Part shown: positions 42,155-52,047 of the stretch, one piece after another
Numbering within the stretch: the first letter of the stretch is position 1
Layout: each line of letters begins with the position of its first letter
Assembly (NCBI GenBank): GCA_030141605.1
Contig: JAQGDQ010000440.1
Coordinates: forward strand, 1 to 64,000
From: Tubiluchus corallicola
Lineage: Eukaryota > Animalia > Priapulida
DNA length: 64,000 nucleotides
Reading direction: 5' to 3'
Notes under the pieces: generated by a model
Seen by the model: only the letters and a program-made list of their open reading frames with translations
Told to the model about the DNA's origin: nothing
The model's database searches: none
Program-made: the position numbers and the translations under genes

Positions 42155-43099
42155 TTAAGGCTGGCTACCACCTTGCTTAATCATAGCATCGTTTCGTAGT
42201 CCATATTGCGCAATTGCTGCAATATTCCCTTCACCTTCAATCATTTCAAGCGCTCTGTTTTTAAATCCTGCTTGACGAATGAATGCTTTGTTATGTTCTC
42301 CTTCAACCAGCTGTACCGCTTTGTTGTCATAAGTAAAGAACCTTTGATCTATTCCGAGGTCAAGATCTTTACCTGACGCTTTTTGTACAGCAAGGTTTTT
42401 CATACCACCCTGAACGATGTAAGCTTTTACATCAGAACTGTGACCACCTGTTCCTTCCAGATAGCTGTATGCAAAGTTTCGTCTACCATACTGAATTTGC
42501 TTAGCTTCCACATCAGAACCTTTTAGAGACATCAGTCCAACGTTGCGTTTTCCTGACTGTTCAATTTTGGCATCAAGTTTGAATCCTTCCAAACGAATAC
42601 CTGCAGCATTAAATAAACCGCTTTGCTCTATTCCAGCGGAATTTTTGGCTCCAATTTCAACTATTCCAAATCCTACCCATGGCAAGTGAAGACGTACTCT
42701 AGGGGTAACCAACACTTCACCACACATAAGTTCGATATCTCTAAGATTTAGATAAACTCCCGGTCCCCATCCATCTTGTACTGCAAAGAAGAACATTCCT
42801 GGAGTCTGAAGAGATAAACTAGCAAACATTAATCCTCCAGCCTTATTACCTCGGCCAGACTGAACTATTGATGCCTCATTGTCAAAACCATACTGAGCAA
42901 TATAAGCTTTTCCATGCTCAGCTCCTGTTTGGTCTACAAGTGCATCATTAAGTGCTCCTACCTGCATTATATAAGCCTGGTTATCTTCAGTTGGGCCTCC
43001 TCTGTGTATGGGCCTTCCACCATCATGATGACCATTGCCACCGGCAAAAACAGTTCCGCACAATGCGGATACGACTAGAAATAAAAACAACTTTTTCAT
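42155..43099 (-). CDS. Curlin-repeat protein (major subunit, CsgA-like)
   Basis: Signal peptide, Gly/His-rich leader, many N-x-A-x-I-x-Q-x-G-x-x-N repeats. Confidence 0.85.
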   Translation of the reverse strand: MKKLFLFLVVSALCGTVFAGGNGHHDGGRPIHRGGPTEDNQAYIMQVGALNDALVDQTGAEHGKAYIAQYGFDNEASIVQSGRGNKAGGLMFASLSLQTPGMFFFAVQDGWGPGVYLNLRDIELMCGEVLVTPRVRLHLPWVGFGIVEIGAKNSAGIEQSGLFNAAGIRLEGFKLDAKIEQSGKRNVGLMSLKGSDVEAKQIQYGRRNFAYSYLEGTGGHSSDVKAYIVQGGMKNLAVQKASGKDLDLGIDQRFFTYDNKAVQLVEGEHNKAFIRQAGFKNRALEMIEGEGNIAAIAQYGLRNDAMIKQGGSQP

Positions 43100-43692
43100 G
43101 ACTTTAAATTTTAAGATTGGTTTTTATAAAAAATGATTCTGGGTTTATTTTTTTTAATAAAGTTAAGATCAAGCTATAATGCGTTATATTTTTTTAAACA
43201 GTCCACTTGGTCAGCGTGGCACTTTTATTTATCTTAAAGAGTGTAAGTTGATAGCATCCACCCAGGCCTCTAAATAGAGATTTGCCTGCTCCCAGAAAGA
43301 TTGTGAGTAATATGACTCCGGGATGTATTGTTTTGCCTGGGAAAAAGGTGAATAAAATAGCTTCAACTAAAATAATTAACCAACGATGTTTCATAATTTA
43401 AATATTCAAGAGTAGTTTTAGCCTTACTGATAAGTTAAATTTACGAAAGTTCACCCCAACTTGTCAAGATATTTTATAGAAGAATATATTTATTTCTATA
43501 ATTATATGCTCACCACCATCTTCTATGCTGCTCTAAAACAACATACTGGAAGCATAAATTCTAAAAACACCCCAAATTATTATAATTATGAAAATCAGAT
43601 ATTGTAGTATAAAAAAACCTCTTATTTATCATTTCTCTCACCATTTTTAGTAAAAAAATTTTGGAATAGTAAAATCTTATTAGCATAATTGT

Positions 43693-43808
43693 AAGGAGTT
43701 CACATCAGGCATAACGGTTTTTTTAAGATTGGTTTTTATAATTTTGGGTTTAAAATCTTACATACAGCCTCAGACTTTAGTCTAATTTATGTTTGTTGTG
43801 AACTCTTT
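43693..43808 (+). ncRNA. Candidate structured small RNA complementary to the curlin mRNA leader
   Basis: 19-bp closing stem 43696-43714/43787-43805 with G-U pairs on +; contains a 21-nt copy of 43109-43129. Confidence 0.5.
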
Positions 43809-44015
43809 TCTTTGAAGTTTGTAAAATTTGTAAAACCCACCTCCCCTGTTAGCACTATTTGAGTCTCTTTGCAAAGCTCATCTTTCTTTATATCAATATC
43901 TCATCAAAACTCTCTTTAAAGCCTTTATTTTGCGTTGACAGATGATTATGATTGCCTCTCCATCATATTTTCTCCTGCCTGGGCCAAAATCCTTTCGCTT
44001 TGCAGGAATAGCTGC

Positions 44016-44052
44016 AAAAAAAAAGCTCCCCTGTTGTTGGCAGGAGAGCTTT
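44016..44052 (-). terminator. Terminator after rplI
   Basis: AAAGCTCTCCTG...CAGGGGAGCTTTTTTTT on the minus strand. Confidence 0.75.
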
Positions 44053-44079
44053 CTCTGTGCTTATCTTTAAAAGAGCTGC

Positions 44080-44526
44080 TTATTCTGAAATAACATCAAA
44101 TTCTAGGTCAAACACAACCTCGCGGTGGAGCTTGATTTTTGCAGAGTGCTTACCCACCTCTTTTATAGAGTCCTCCGTTATAGTTATATTTTTACGATCA
44201 ATATCAAAACCTTTTTCTCTGAGAGATTCGGCTATTTGAATATTGTTTACAGAGCCAAATATCTTACCTTTTGCACTTGTCTTGGCTCCAATGACTATTG
44301 ATGCTTCCTTGATTTTTTCAGCAAGAGCAAGTGCCTCATTTTTGAGTTTCTCCTCTTTGTGAGCGCGCTGTCGTTGATTCTCAGCGAGTACTTTCTTTGA
44401 TGACTCTGTTGCTAAGAGTGCCATCTTCTTTGGAATTAAGAAGTTGCGAGCATACCCGTCCTTCACTTTAACAAGGTCACCTTTGTCCCCCAAACGGACA
44501 ACATCTTGAAGTAGTATAATTTCCAT
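44080..44526 (-). CDS. rplI: 50S ribosomal protein L9
   Basis: LG..GD.VKVKDGYARNFLIP, KIFGSV. Confidence 0.98.
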   Translation of the reverse strand: MEIILLQDVVRLGDKGDLVKVKDGYARNFLIPKKMALLATESSKKVLAENQRQRAHKEEKLKNEALALAEKIKEASIVIGAKTSAKGKIFGSVNNIQIAESLREKGFDIDRKNITITEDSIKEVGKHSAKIKLHREVVFDLEFDVISE

Positions 44527-44546
44527 TTTCCTGCCTCCTTCTTGCT

Positions 44547-44816
44547 TTATTTTAATAAATCGGCCACATATGGAAGCAGCGCCAACTGACGAGCTCTCTT
44601 AATAGCCTGAGAAATTTTACGTTGGTATTTTAGTGAGGTCCCAGTGAGGCGTCGTGGTAATATTTTACCCTGCTCATTGAGGAATTTTTTTAAAAAAACA
44701 GGATCCTTGTAATCCACATATTTAATACCGTTCTTTTTGAAACGACAGTATTTTTTCTTCTTTACCTCAACTGTTGGCGGAGTAAGATACCTTATTTCAC
44801 TAGTATTGCCTGCCAT
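44547..44816 (-). CDS. rpsR: 30S ribosomal protein S18
   Basis: [28 protein letters not shown]. Confidence 0.98.
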   Translation of the reverse strand: MAGNTSEIRYLTPPTVEVKKKKYCRFKKNGIKYVDYKDPVFLKKFLNEQGKILPRRLTGTSLKYQRKISQAIKRARQLALLPYVADLLK

Positions 44817-44819
44817 AGC

Positions 44820-45173
44820 TTATGCCTCCTTATCTGTTTTAGCGTTTAACCTTTTTTTCCTTTTCTCACTGTACTCAATAGCGTGCTTATCCAGTTTCAC
44901 TGTCAGAAACCGAATGATGCGCTCATCACGACGGAGTTCCGTTTCAAACTCCTTAATTATTTCAGGCGTTGCCTTATACTCAAGAAGGTGATAAAACCCT
45001 GTTGATTTTTTTTGGATGGGATAAGTCAGCTTTTTTAATCCCCAATGTTCTTCATGGATCACCTCACCTTTTTTACTGGTGATATAATCCTTGAACTTTC
45101 CTACCGCTTCCTTTATCTGAGCTTCAGATAAAACGGGAGTTGCAATGAAAACGGTCTCGTACTGGTTCAGCAT
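44820..45173 (-). CDS. rpsF: 30S ribosomal protein S6
   Basis: YETVFI, WGLKKLTYPIQKK, DERIIRFL. Confidence 0.98.
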   Translation of the reverse strand: MLNQYETVFIATPVLSEAQIKEAVGKFKDYITSKKGEVIHEEHWGLKKLTYPIQKKSTGFYHLLEYKATPEIIKEFETELRRDERIIRFLTVKLDKHAIEYSEKRKKRLNAKTDKEA

Positions 45174-45229
45174 AAATAATGTGTTTAATTTTTCACTATG
45201 TCTAAACTAAAAATAGAATTAAAGTGGCG

Positions 45230-45237
45230 CAAATATA
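45230..45237 (-). promoter_or_regulatory. Bacteroidota -7 promoter element for the rpsF operon
   Basis: TATATTTG matches TAnnTTTG, 57 nt upstream of the rpsF start. Confidence 0.65.
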
Positions 45238-45410
45238 GAAATTATTTGGGTCATATCAAACATGTAGGTTTTAAGGTGCAAAATATTTGAAAAGCACACT
45301 TATTTTTGCCCGGTATAGCCTCGCCGGATTTAAACGCAACTATAAGACATTTTTGTTATTTAATGTTTTTCGTTATCTTTAAAATGTATTTTCATAATAC
45401 TGACAAAGCA

Positions 45411-45989
45411 ATGGAAAAGCCTGTTTTGTGCGAAAATTTTGACAAACATCTTCTCGACAGCCGTTTAACGTGGTTTTGTGAGCCGAATAACTGGGATATA
45501 AAGAGTAATTCGCTATATATTTCCACCAATGCAGAGACCGATTTTTGGCAAAAAACAGCTAGCGGGCATTTTCTCTTCCTTGAAACCAATCATGACTTCG
45601 CAGTAGAAACAGGTGTAAAGTATTCTTTTAAAAATCAGTATGACCAGGCAGGGCTTATGATATGGCTATCTCCGGATTACTGGATAAAAACTTCAGTAGA
45701 GTATGAGCCCGATAAGCCCAACAAGTTGGGAGTTGTTGTTACAAAGGATGGCTTCTCTGACTGGTCAACACAAGATATTGACGATGCTATAACCGGATTG
45801 TTCTTTCGTATTACACGAAAGGGCACCAAATGCGTTATTGATGCACGCGAAACAGTTGAAAGCCACTGGAAGCAAATAAGAGAAATACACTTTATTAACA
45901 ACACACCACAGGTAAAATGTGGCCTTTATGCGTGCAGTCCGCAAAAGGATGGATTTATTGCAGAGTTTAGCTCGTTAAAAGTACTGTAG
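45411..45989 (+). CDS. DUF1349 family protein
   Basis: TDFWQKT, YDQAGL, WIKTSVE, SDWS, GLYACSP. Confidence 0.85.
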   Translation: MEKPVLCENFDKHLLDSRLTWFCEPNNWDIKSNSLYISTNAETDFWQKTASGHFLFLETNHDFAVETGVKYSFKNQYDQAGLMIWLSPDYWIKTSVEYEPDKPNKLGVVVTKDGFSDWSTQDIDDAITGLFFRITRKGTKCVIDARETVESHWKQIREIHFINNTPQVKCGLYACSPQKDGFIAEFSSLKVL

Positions 45990-46110
45990 TAAATACCTAC
46001 AGGCATAATTTACAAACATATTTTTCCTAAGTAGTAGGACGACAATAAAAATTAAACTTGAGTACCTTGGTTTGGTGTTGCGTACTTGGTAAAAACTAAA
46101 AAAAAATGCT

Positions 46111-46932
46111 ATGCTTAACGATAAAGATAGAAATGCACTGCTGAAAGTAGCGCAAAAGGTTCGCCACACAGTGGTAGAAATGACAAAAAAAGCTGGTGGA
46201 GGTTACACCGGCAGAGGTCTTAGTGTTATAGATATTCTAGTTCTTCTGTTCTTTAAGTATATGAACGTTGATCCCAAAAACCCCAATGATCCTGGCCGAG
46301 ATCGCCTTGTGTTGAGCAAGGGCTATGGAGCTATTGGTTATATTCCGGTACTTGCAGAGCGCGGATTTTTCAAGAAATCCCTGTTAAACAAGTTTGACAG
46401 GGTTAACTCTCTATTTGGTAGTGCAGGCAGGGAAGATAGTGGTGAGCCTGCCAGCTCTTTGGGATATGGCCTGGGGCTATCAGTAGGGATGGCTATTGAT
46501 GCTAAAACTAAGAATAAGCAATTTACGATCTACTGTATCCTTAATGGTGAAGAGCTTAATAAGGATTATGACTGGGAAGCAGCAGAAGCAGCCAGCAGCC
46601 ATAATCTTACCAACCTGATAGTGTTTGTAGACCGCAATAGTCACACTGCAAACAGTTCTGCAAGTAAGGGAATATCGCTGGAGTCCTTAGTTGATAAGTG
46701 GGAGTCGGCAGGCTGGAAGGCTGTTGTAGTAAAAAATGGCAATGATATTTGCCAGTTGTCCGATGCTATAGATTTTGCCACTGAAAATACGCAAAAGCCG
46801 GTTGTCATTATTGCCAATACTCTAAAAGCAGGCTTCATGGAAGGGCAGAAAATGAAAAGCTTTGAAAACCTCAGCAAAAAACTGTTTAAACAGAAGGAAA
46901 AGAAAAAATCAGTAGAGACCGAGTTGCTATAG
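46111..46932 (+). CDS. Transketolase N-terminal subunit homologue, catalytically degenerate
   Basis: Scaffold DP.NP..P.RDRLVLSKG, SLG.GL..SVGMA, WEAA, KPVVIIANT; catalytic His residues and GDG motif replaced. Confidence 0.8.
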   Translation: MLNDKDRNALLKVAQKVRHTVVEMTKKAGGGYTGRGLSVIDILVLLFFKYMNVDPKNPNDPGRDRLVLSKGYGAIGYIPVLAERGFFKKSLLNKFDRVNSLFGSAGREDSGEPASSLGYGLGLSVGMAIDAKTKNKQFTIYCILNGEELNKDYDWEAAEAASSHNLTNLIVFVDRNSHTANSSASKGISLESLVDKWESAGWKAVVVKNGNDICQLSDAIDFATENTQKPVVIIANTLKAGFMEGQKMKSFENLSKKLFKQKEKKKSVETELL

Positions 46933-47341
46933 GATTGCAGTGCCAGTCGTTGAGTGGCAAAAGCGTTTTTATAAAAAAATAGCAAGAGTATCGCACAAGC
47001 AATATAACACAGACAGTTTGTGCAACATGTGACTAAACAAGTATTTGCTATACCTGAACTGTTTATATTGCGGATTTTTCAGTTCAGGCACAGTGTAGCT
47101 TCTATTATAATATCAAAATGTTCTTGATAGGCCACTGGTTAAACCCTACTAAATTTCGTTTTTGCAAATAGAGGCCTTTATAAGGCAAAAGATCTTGACT
47201 CAGATTGAGTATTTATGATAAGACAAAGGTCTACTAGTGCAAATGAGAACTTTGAGAAGGATTGTTGACAAAAGTATTTAGAGCTTTTGCAAACACCTCT
47301 TATGCTATAGGTGTCAATAGAATAGATATATACATATAGTC

Positions 47342-47722
47342 ATGGTTAAGAAAGGAGATATTGCAACATATACTGATATAAAAAAGCTTGTAGACTATTT
47401 TTATGATGAAGTAAGGAAAGATATGCTTATTGGGACTATTTTTAATCGCCATATAAAGGGGAAATGGGACATTCACCATAAAAAGCTATATAGGTTTTGG
47501 GCTACAGTTCTGCTTCGAACACCTGGCTATTACGGAACTCCTGTGTCAGTGCACTTTGGTATAGGGTTGGAGAAGAATCATTTCAAAAAGTGGTTAGATA
47601 TATGGTGCAACACTGTTGACACTCTGTTTGAGGGTAAAGTAGCCGACAGGGCGAAACATCGGGGAGAGACGATGGCAGCAGCATTCATGGAGAAAATAAG
47701 ACAGGCAGATGCCGATAAATGA
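47342..47722 (+). CDS. Group III truncated hemoglobin
   Basis: LVDYFYDEVRKD..IG.IF, W..H..KLYRFW, HF..WL..W..TVDTLFEG. Confidence 0.9.
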   Translation: MVKKGDIATYTDIKKLVDYFYDEVRKDMLIGTIFNRHIKGKWDIHHKKLYRFWATVLLRTPGYYGTPVSVHFGIGLEKNHFKKWLDIWCNTVDTLFEGKVADRAKHRGETMAAAFMEKIRQADADK

Positions 47723-47773
47723 TTACAAAAGAACCCTCTATTTAAAACATTTCGCTCTATAATCCGTGACATA

Positions 47774-48583
47774 ATGAAGCATGGCAAACAAAAAATATTT
47801 GTATGGTGTGATTTCTCTGACGCTATGCGGACTGCCATACTTCATGGAATGTACATTTCACTACTGCTAAATAAGGAGTTGTGTCTGCTTCATCTTATCA
47901 ACAAAAATAAGCCAACACCCAGGCCTGCGGAAGAGGAGTTAGAGAAAATAGCTGAAGAGGTGTCTAAGCTGGCAAAAGGTGTTACTATCCGGTGTATGGT
48001 GCGCACAGAAAAGCTCCACACAATATTGTCTGAGTTGGCAGAAATTTATGACGCACTCTTGCTCTCCGCGCCTAAATGTTCGGCAAAAACACTATTGAAG
48101 AGCCTTCCAAAATCGGCTTTCCCTTTTCTCTTTGTTTCAGACAGCGGTAACGTTGAGAAATATTATGAAAAGGTTGTTATGCCTGTGGGATACATGAAAC
48201 AAAGCCGTGATTTAGCTCTATGGGCCAGTTATATTGGAAGATTTAATGGTGCATGTATAGACCTGGTGAGGTCGAACGATACAGATAAAAGAGATAGGGA
48301 GGAGGTAAACAAAAATATACGCTCAATACAGGGGTTGTTCAATAAGTTCAAAGTCACATCCCAAATCGTTAAAAGCCATTTGCCTACGTGGAGGCTTGAA
48401 GCTGCAGCACTAAAGCACTCCCTGGAGTGCGGTAGATCTACCCTTATTGTCCCTGCATCGCTACAGACAAATATTATTGATAAACTCCTGGGACTTACAG
48501 AGAAAAAGATTATTAAAAAATCTGAAGATATTCCGGTAATGTGCGTAAACTCACAAAGAGACATGTATACCCTTTGTGGCTAA
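47774..48583 (+). CDS. Universal-stress-protein-like protein (two domains)
   Basis: IFVWCDFS..AI.H, LCLLH, C-terminal IPVMCVN. Confidence 0.7.
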   Translation: MKHGKQKIFVWCDFSDAMRTAILHGMYISLLLNKELCLLHLINKNKPTPRPAEEELEKIAEEVSKLAKGVTIRCMVRTEKLHTILSELAEIYDALLLSAPKCSAKTLLKSLPKSAFPFLFVSDSGNVEKYYEKVVMPVGYMKQSRDLALWASYIGRFNGACIDLVRSNDTDKRDREEVNKNIRSIQGLFNKFKVTSQIVKSHLPTWRLEAAALKHSLECGRSTLIVPASLQTNIIDKLLGLTEKKIIKKSEDIPVMCVNSQRDMYTLCG

Positions 48584-48721
48584 GAAAGATAGTAACACCC
48601 TAAAATCACCTTTCAACAAGAACCTTAAAGGAATCCTAACAAAACTATTAATAATAAAAAGATGGGGTCTGCAAAAGTCTCGCAATATATCGCTAAACTA
48701 ACAACAAGACAGGCTACTGCA

Positions 48722-49726
48722 TCAACCTAGCAAATACTCTATAATCTTTTTATCTGGATAAAAAGGGTGCAGGTTATCCAACCCCAAATAATGGACTGCC
48801 GCCCTTACAATATCCCGCTCGGGTACATCCGCAGAACCTCCATGCTTACGTATAAAATAACTTCCCGCATCCAACATAGCCCGCAAAGGGATAAGCCCAA
48901 CCAATTCGGAACCATTAACCTTAACCCCCATATTATGAGCGCGCTGGCACACCTCTTCAAAAACTACGTGAACAGGAGTAGCAGTAATATCAGTAACATT
49001 CATAGAAACCTGTGAAACACCATACTCCTCTATATACCAACCTATAGCACGTACACCTTTTAACCCACCTTCACCTTTTACCTTACCACCCACTACCCTG
49101 CCCGACTCTCTGACCAGCGCCGCAATTGCACTGGCAGTTGCAGTAGAGTCTGTATTAAGATTAACATTATAGGCTACCAAGAAATCTCTCGCACCAATAG
49201 CGACTGCTCCCGCTCGGGGTATAAACTCGGCAGGACCAAAATCAGGCCTCCACTCCTCAGTGGAAAGCTTCCCAGGAAGAGCATGATACCCCCCTGAACG
49301 ACAATAAGACAGGCTCTTACGCTCCTCCTTAAGCGCAGCAAACTCATAAGCATAAACAGGAATACCTAGCTCATCTCCTACCCTCTTTCCTAACCGGTGA
49401 GCATACCCGGTCACCTCCTCCATAGTGATATTGGCAACAGGTATAAGCGGGCACACATCTGTTGCGCCAAAGCATGGATGCACCCCTGTATGCCCCCTCA
49501 TATCAATTAGCTCCGATGCTCTCTTAATTACCGCAAAAGCAGCAGCTACAACATCATCAGGAGCCCCCACTAAAGTCATAACAGTTCGATTGGCTGAATA
49601 CCCAGAATCAACACCCAAAAGGCTGACGCCTTTTACCCGCCTCGCCTCTTCAGATATCTTGTCAATAACTGAGATATCCCGACCTTCTGAAAAATTAGGT
49701 ACACACTCAATAACCTGTCCTTTCAT
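48722..49726 (-). CDS. ftcD: Glutamate formimidoyltransferase
   Basis: IECVPNFSEGR, NRTV.T, HPCFGATDVCP, GARDFLVAYN, GSELVGLIP. Confidence 0.93.
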   Translation of the reverse strand: MKGQVIECVPNFSEGRDISVIDKISEEARRVKGVSLLGVDSGYSANRTVMTLVGAPDDVVAAAFAVIKRASELIDMRGHTGVHPCFGATDVCPLIPVANITMEEVTGYAHRLGKRVGDELGIPVYAYEFAALKEERKSLSYCRSGGYHALPGKLSTEEWRPDFGPAEFIPRAGAVAIGARDFLVAYNVNLNTDSTATASAIAALVRESGRVVGGKVKGEGGLKGVRAIGWYIEEYGVSQVSMNVTDITATPVHVVFEEVCQRAHNMGVKVNGSELVGLIPLRAMLDAGSYFIRKHGGSADVPERDIVRAAVHYLGLDNLHPFYPDKKIIEYLLG

Positions 49727-50336
49727 ACTCCTGTAACACTTTTTATCGACGCTCACAATTAAAAATGATAATCTTTACACCAACCTCTTCAATAAAACAA
49801 AACTGCTATCGATGCCAACCAAAATAGCAAGTTATAAAAAGAAAGCAAAAAAATAAGAATGACACTGCCAGTAACCTCTTTCTCTCGGCTACCATGAAAC
49901 TGCACTAAATTGAAGATACGGTAAACATAAAAAATGAAAAACAGTGAATGTGCCATATGTGGTACCAACATGGATGGGTGCACCTCAAAATCAATTAACA
50001 TTGAGCTTAAACACGTGAAAACATGAAAAAGGAAAAGAACTTAATGATAACCCACAATCTACAACAAACACTTCGGCACATACCGCAACCTCTCCGCACT
50101 ACAAAAGCCTATCCAACAGATAGATATATGCCAAAACACTATCTACACTACTCACTTTGGCAAATAACAATAATTTTAAGAACTTTGTATAACAATAGAA
50201 TTTGATTCGGGTTGAGAAGAAGCTTGATAAAAATCATAACTTATTGATATAAATGATGATTTTAAATAAAGTGAAGAATTTTATAAAGGGTTCAAATCTT
50301 GGCACAGGCCAAAAAACAACTAAGAACAAACATTTA

Positions 50337-51539
50337 ATGAAGAATAATCGCTTTATAAATAAAATACTAGTTGTATTAATAAGTTGCGCTACACTGGGCC
50401 TATTGGTAAAACAGGTAAATGCACAGCAAACACTATCTGGGCAAAGTGTCACATCAAACCCCATAGTTACAGCTACCCCATTTTTAACTATCGCTCCCGA
50501 TGCCAGGCACGGAGGAATGGGGGATGTCGGTGTTGCAACATCTCCAGATGCAAGCTCTCAGCACTGGAACACTTCCAAGTATGCTTTTATGGAAAGCAGT
50601 ATGGGGGTAGGACTGTCATATACCCCGTGGCTACGTCAGCTTGCAAACGATATAAACATGATGTATATGTCAGGATTCTATAAAATAGGCGACTTTCAGG
50701 CGGTAAGTATGTCGCTCAGGTACTTCTCTCTAGGCGACATTCAACTGGTAGACACTCAGGGAGAACCCCTGGGAACTCAAAACCCAAACGAATTTGCTAT
50801 TGATGCAGGCTACTCACGCAAACTATCTGAGAAGTGGGGAGGTGGTGTTACCATAAGGTATATCCGCTCTGATCTTTCAGGTGGTATTGGCGATGAAGTA
50901 TACACTCCTGGAAACGCATTCGCTACCGACCTATCATTCTTTTTTACAAATGAATGGACACCGCAGATATATTCCCGGAACATATCTGCGGGAATTAACA
51001 TCTCAAACATCGGATCTAAAATATCGTACGACGATGGAGAGACAAAAAGCTTCCTGCCTGCAAACCTGAAACTGGGAACCACATACACTCATAACATTGA
51101 CGATCACAATACAGTATCCATTTCTGTAGACTTTAATAAACTGCTCGTCCCCACTCCCACTGACACAATAAAAGTTGGGGAGGAAGGGCAGTCATACATT
51201 ATCACTTCTGGACAAGCATCGGAAAAATCAGTTGTAAGCTCAATATTCTCCTCTTTGGGAGATGCGCCAGGGGGATTTAAAGAAGAAATGCAGGAAGTGA
51301 TTATCTCCACAGGAATAGAATACTGGTATAACAACCAGTTCTCTTTTAGAACAGGATACTCGCACGAACATGAAAACAAAGGAAACAGAAAATACTTCAC
51401 TTTTGGAGTAGGACTACAAATGAACATCTTTTCCTTCGATTTTTCATATCTAGTACCGGTTGTAAAAAACAACCCAATGCAAAGCACACTTAGATTCAGC
51501 TTACTGTTTGACTTAGATGGACTAAGAAACCCAATCTAA
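50337..51539 (+). CDS. porV: Type IX secretion system outer-membrane shuttle PorV
   Basis: PFLTIAPDAR.GGMGDVGVATSPD..SQHWN..KY, SYTPWLR, HEHENKGNRKY. Confidence 0.93.
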   Translation: MKNNRFINKILVVLISCATLGLLVKQVNAQQTLSGQSVTSNPIVTATPFLTIAPDARHGGMGDVGVATSPDASSQHWNTSKYAFMESSMGVGLSYTPWLRQLANDINMMYMSGFYKIGDFQAVSMSLRYFSLGDIQLVDTQGEPLGTQNPNEFAIDAGYSRKLSEKWGGGVTIRYIRSDLSGGIGDEVYTPGNAFATDLSFFFTNEWTPQIYSRNISAGINISNIGSKISYDDGETKSFLPANLKLGTTYTHNIDDHNTVSISVDFNKLLVPTPTDTIKVGEEGQSYIITSGQASEKSVVSSIFSSLGDAPGGFKEEMQEVIISTGIEYWYNNQFSFRTGYSHEHENKGNRKYFTFGVGLQMNIFSFDFSYLVPVVKNNPMQSTLRFSLLFDLDGLRNPI

Positions 51540-51555
51540 CAATAGCCACATACAA

Positions 51556-52047
51556 TTGAAACTCAGAGTTGGTATAGGATACGATACGCACCGCCTTACA
51601 GAGGGTGACCACCTTTGGATTGGAGGTGTTAGAATACCACACTGTAGAGCTATCGTGGCCCACTCCGATGGAGATGTACTTATTCATGCTGTTTGCGACG
51701 CACTGCTTGGTGCCATAGGAGCCAGAGATATAGGATTTCACTTTCCAGACACCTCTGATAAATACAAAAACATAGACAGTAAAATACTTCTGGAAAGGGT
51801 GTGCGAGCTAATTAAAAAAGAGAACTTTAGCGTTATCAACATCGATACAGTGATAACAGCTCAGAGACCGAAACTAAGCGAATTTATTCCTGAAATGAAA
51901 AATACTATTGCCAGGCTGCTTAAAGTATCACCCAAAGATATAGGGATAAAGGCAACAACAACCGAAAAACTCGGATTCGAAGGTAGAGAAGAGGGGATAT
52001 CAGCACAAGCTGTTGCCCTGGTCAGCAAAGATGAAGGTGAACCGTAA
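51556..52047 (+). CDS. ispF: 2-C-methyl-D-erythritol 2,4-cyclodiphosphate synthase
   Basis: GIGYDTH, HSDGDVLIHA.CDALLGA, KATTTEKLGF. Confidence 0.97.
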   Translation: MKLRVGIGYDTHRLTEGDHLWIGGVRIPHCRAIVAHSDGDVLIHAVCDALLGAIGARDIGFHFPDTSDKYKNIDSKILLERVCELIKKENFSVINIDTVITAQRPKLSEFIPEMKNTIARLLKVSPKDIGIKATTTEKLGFEGREEGISAQAVALVSKDEGEP

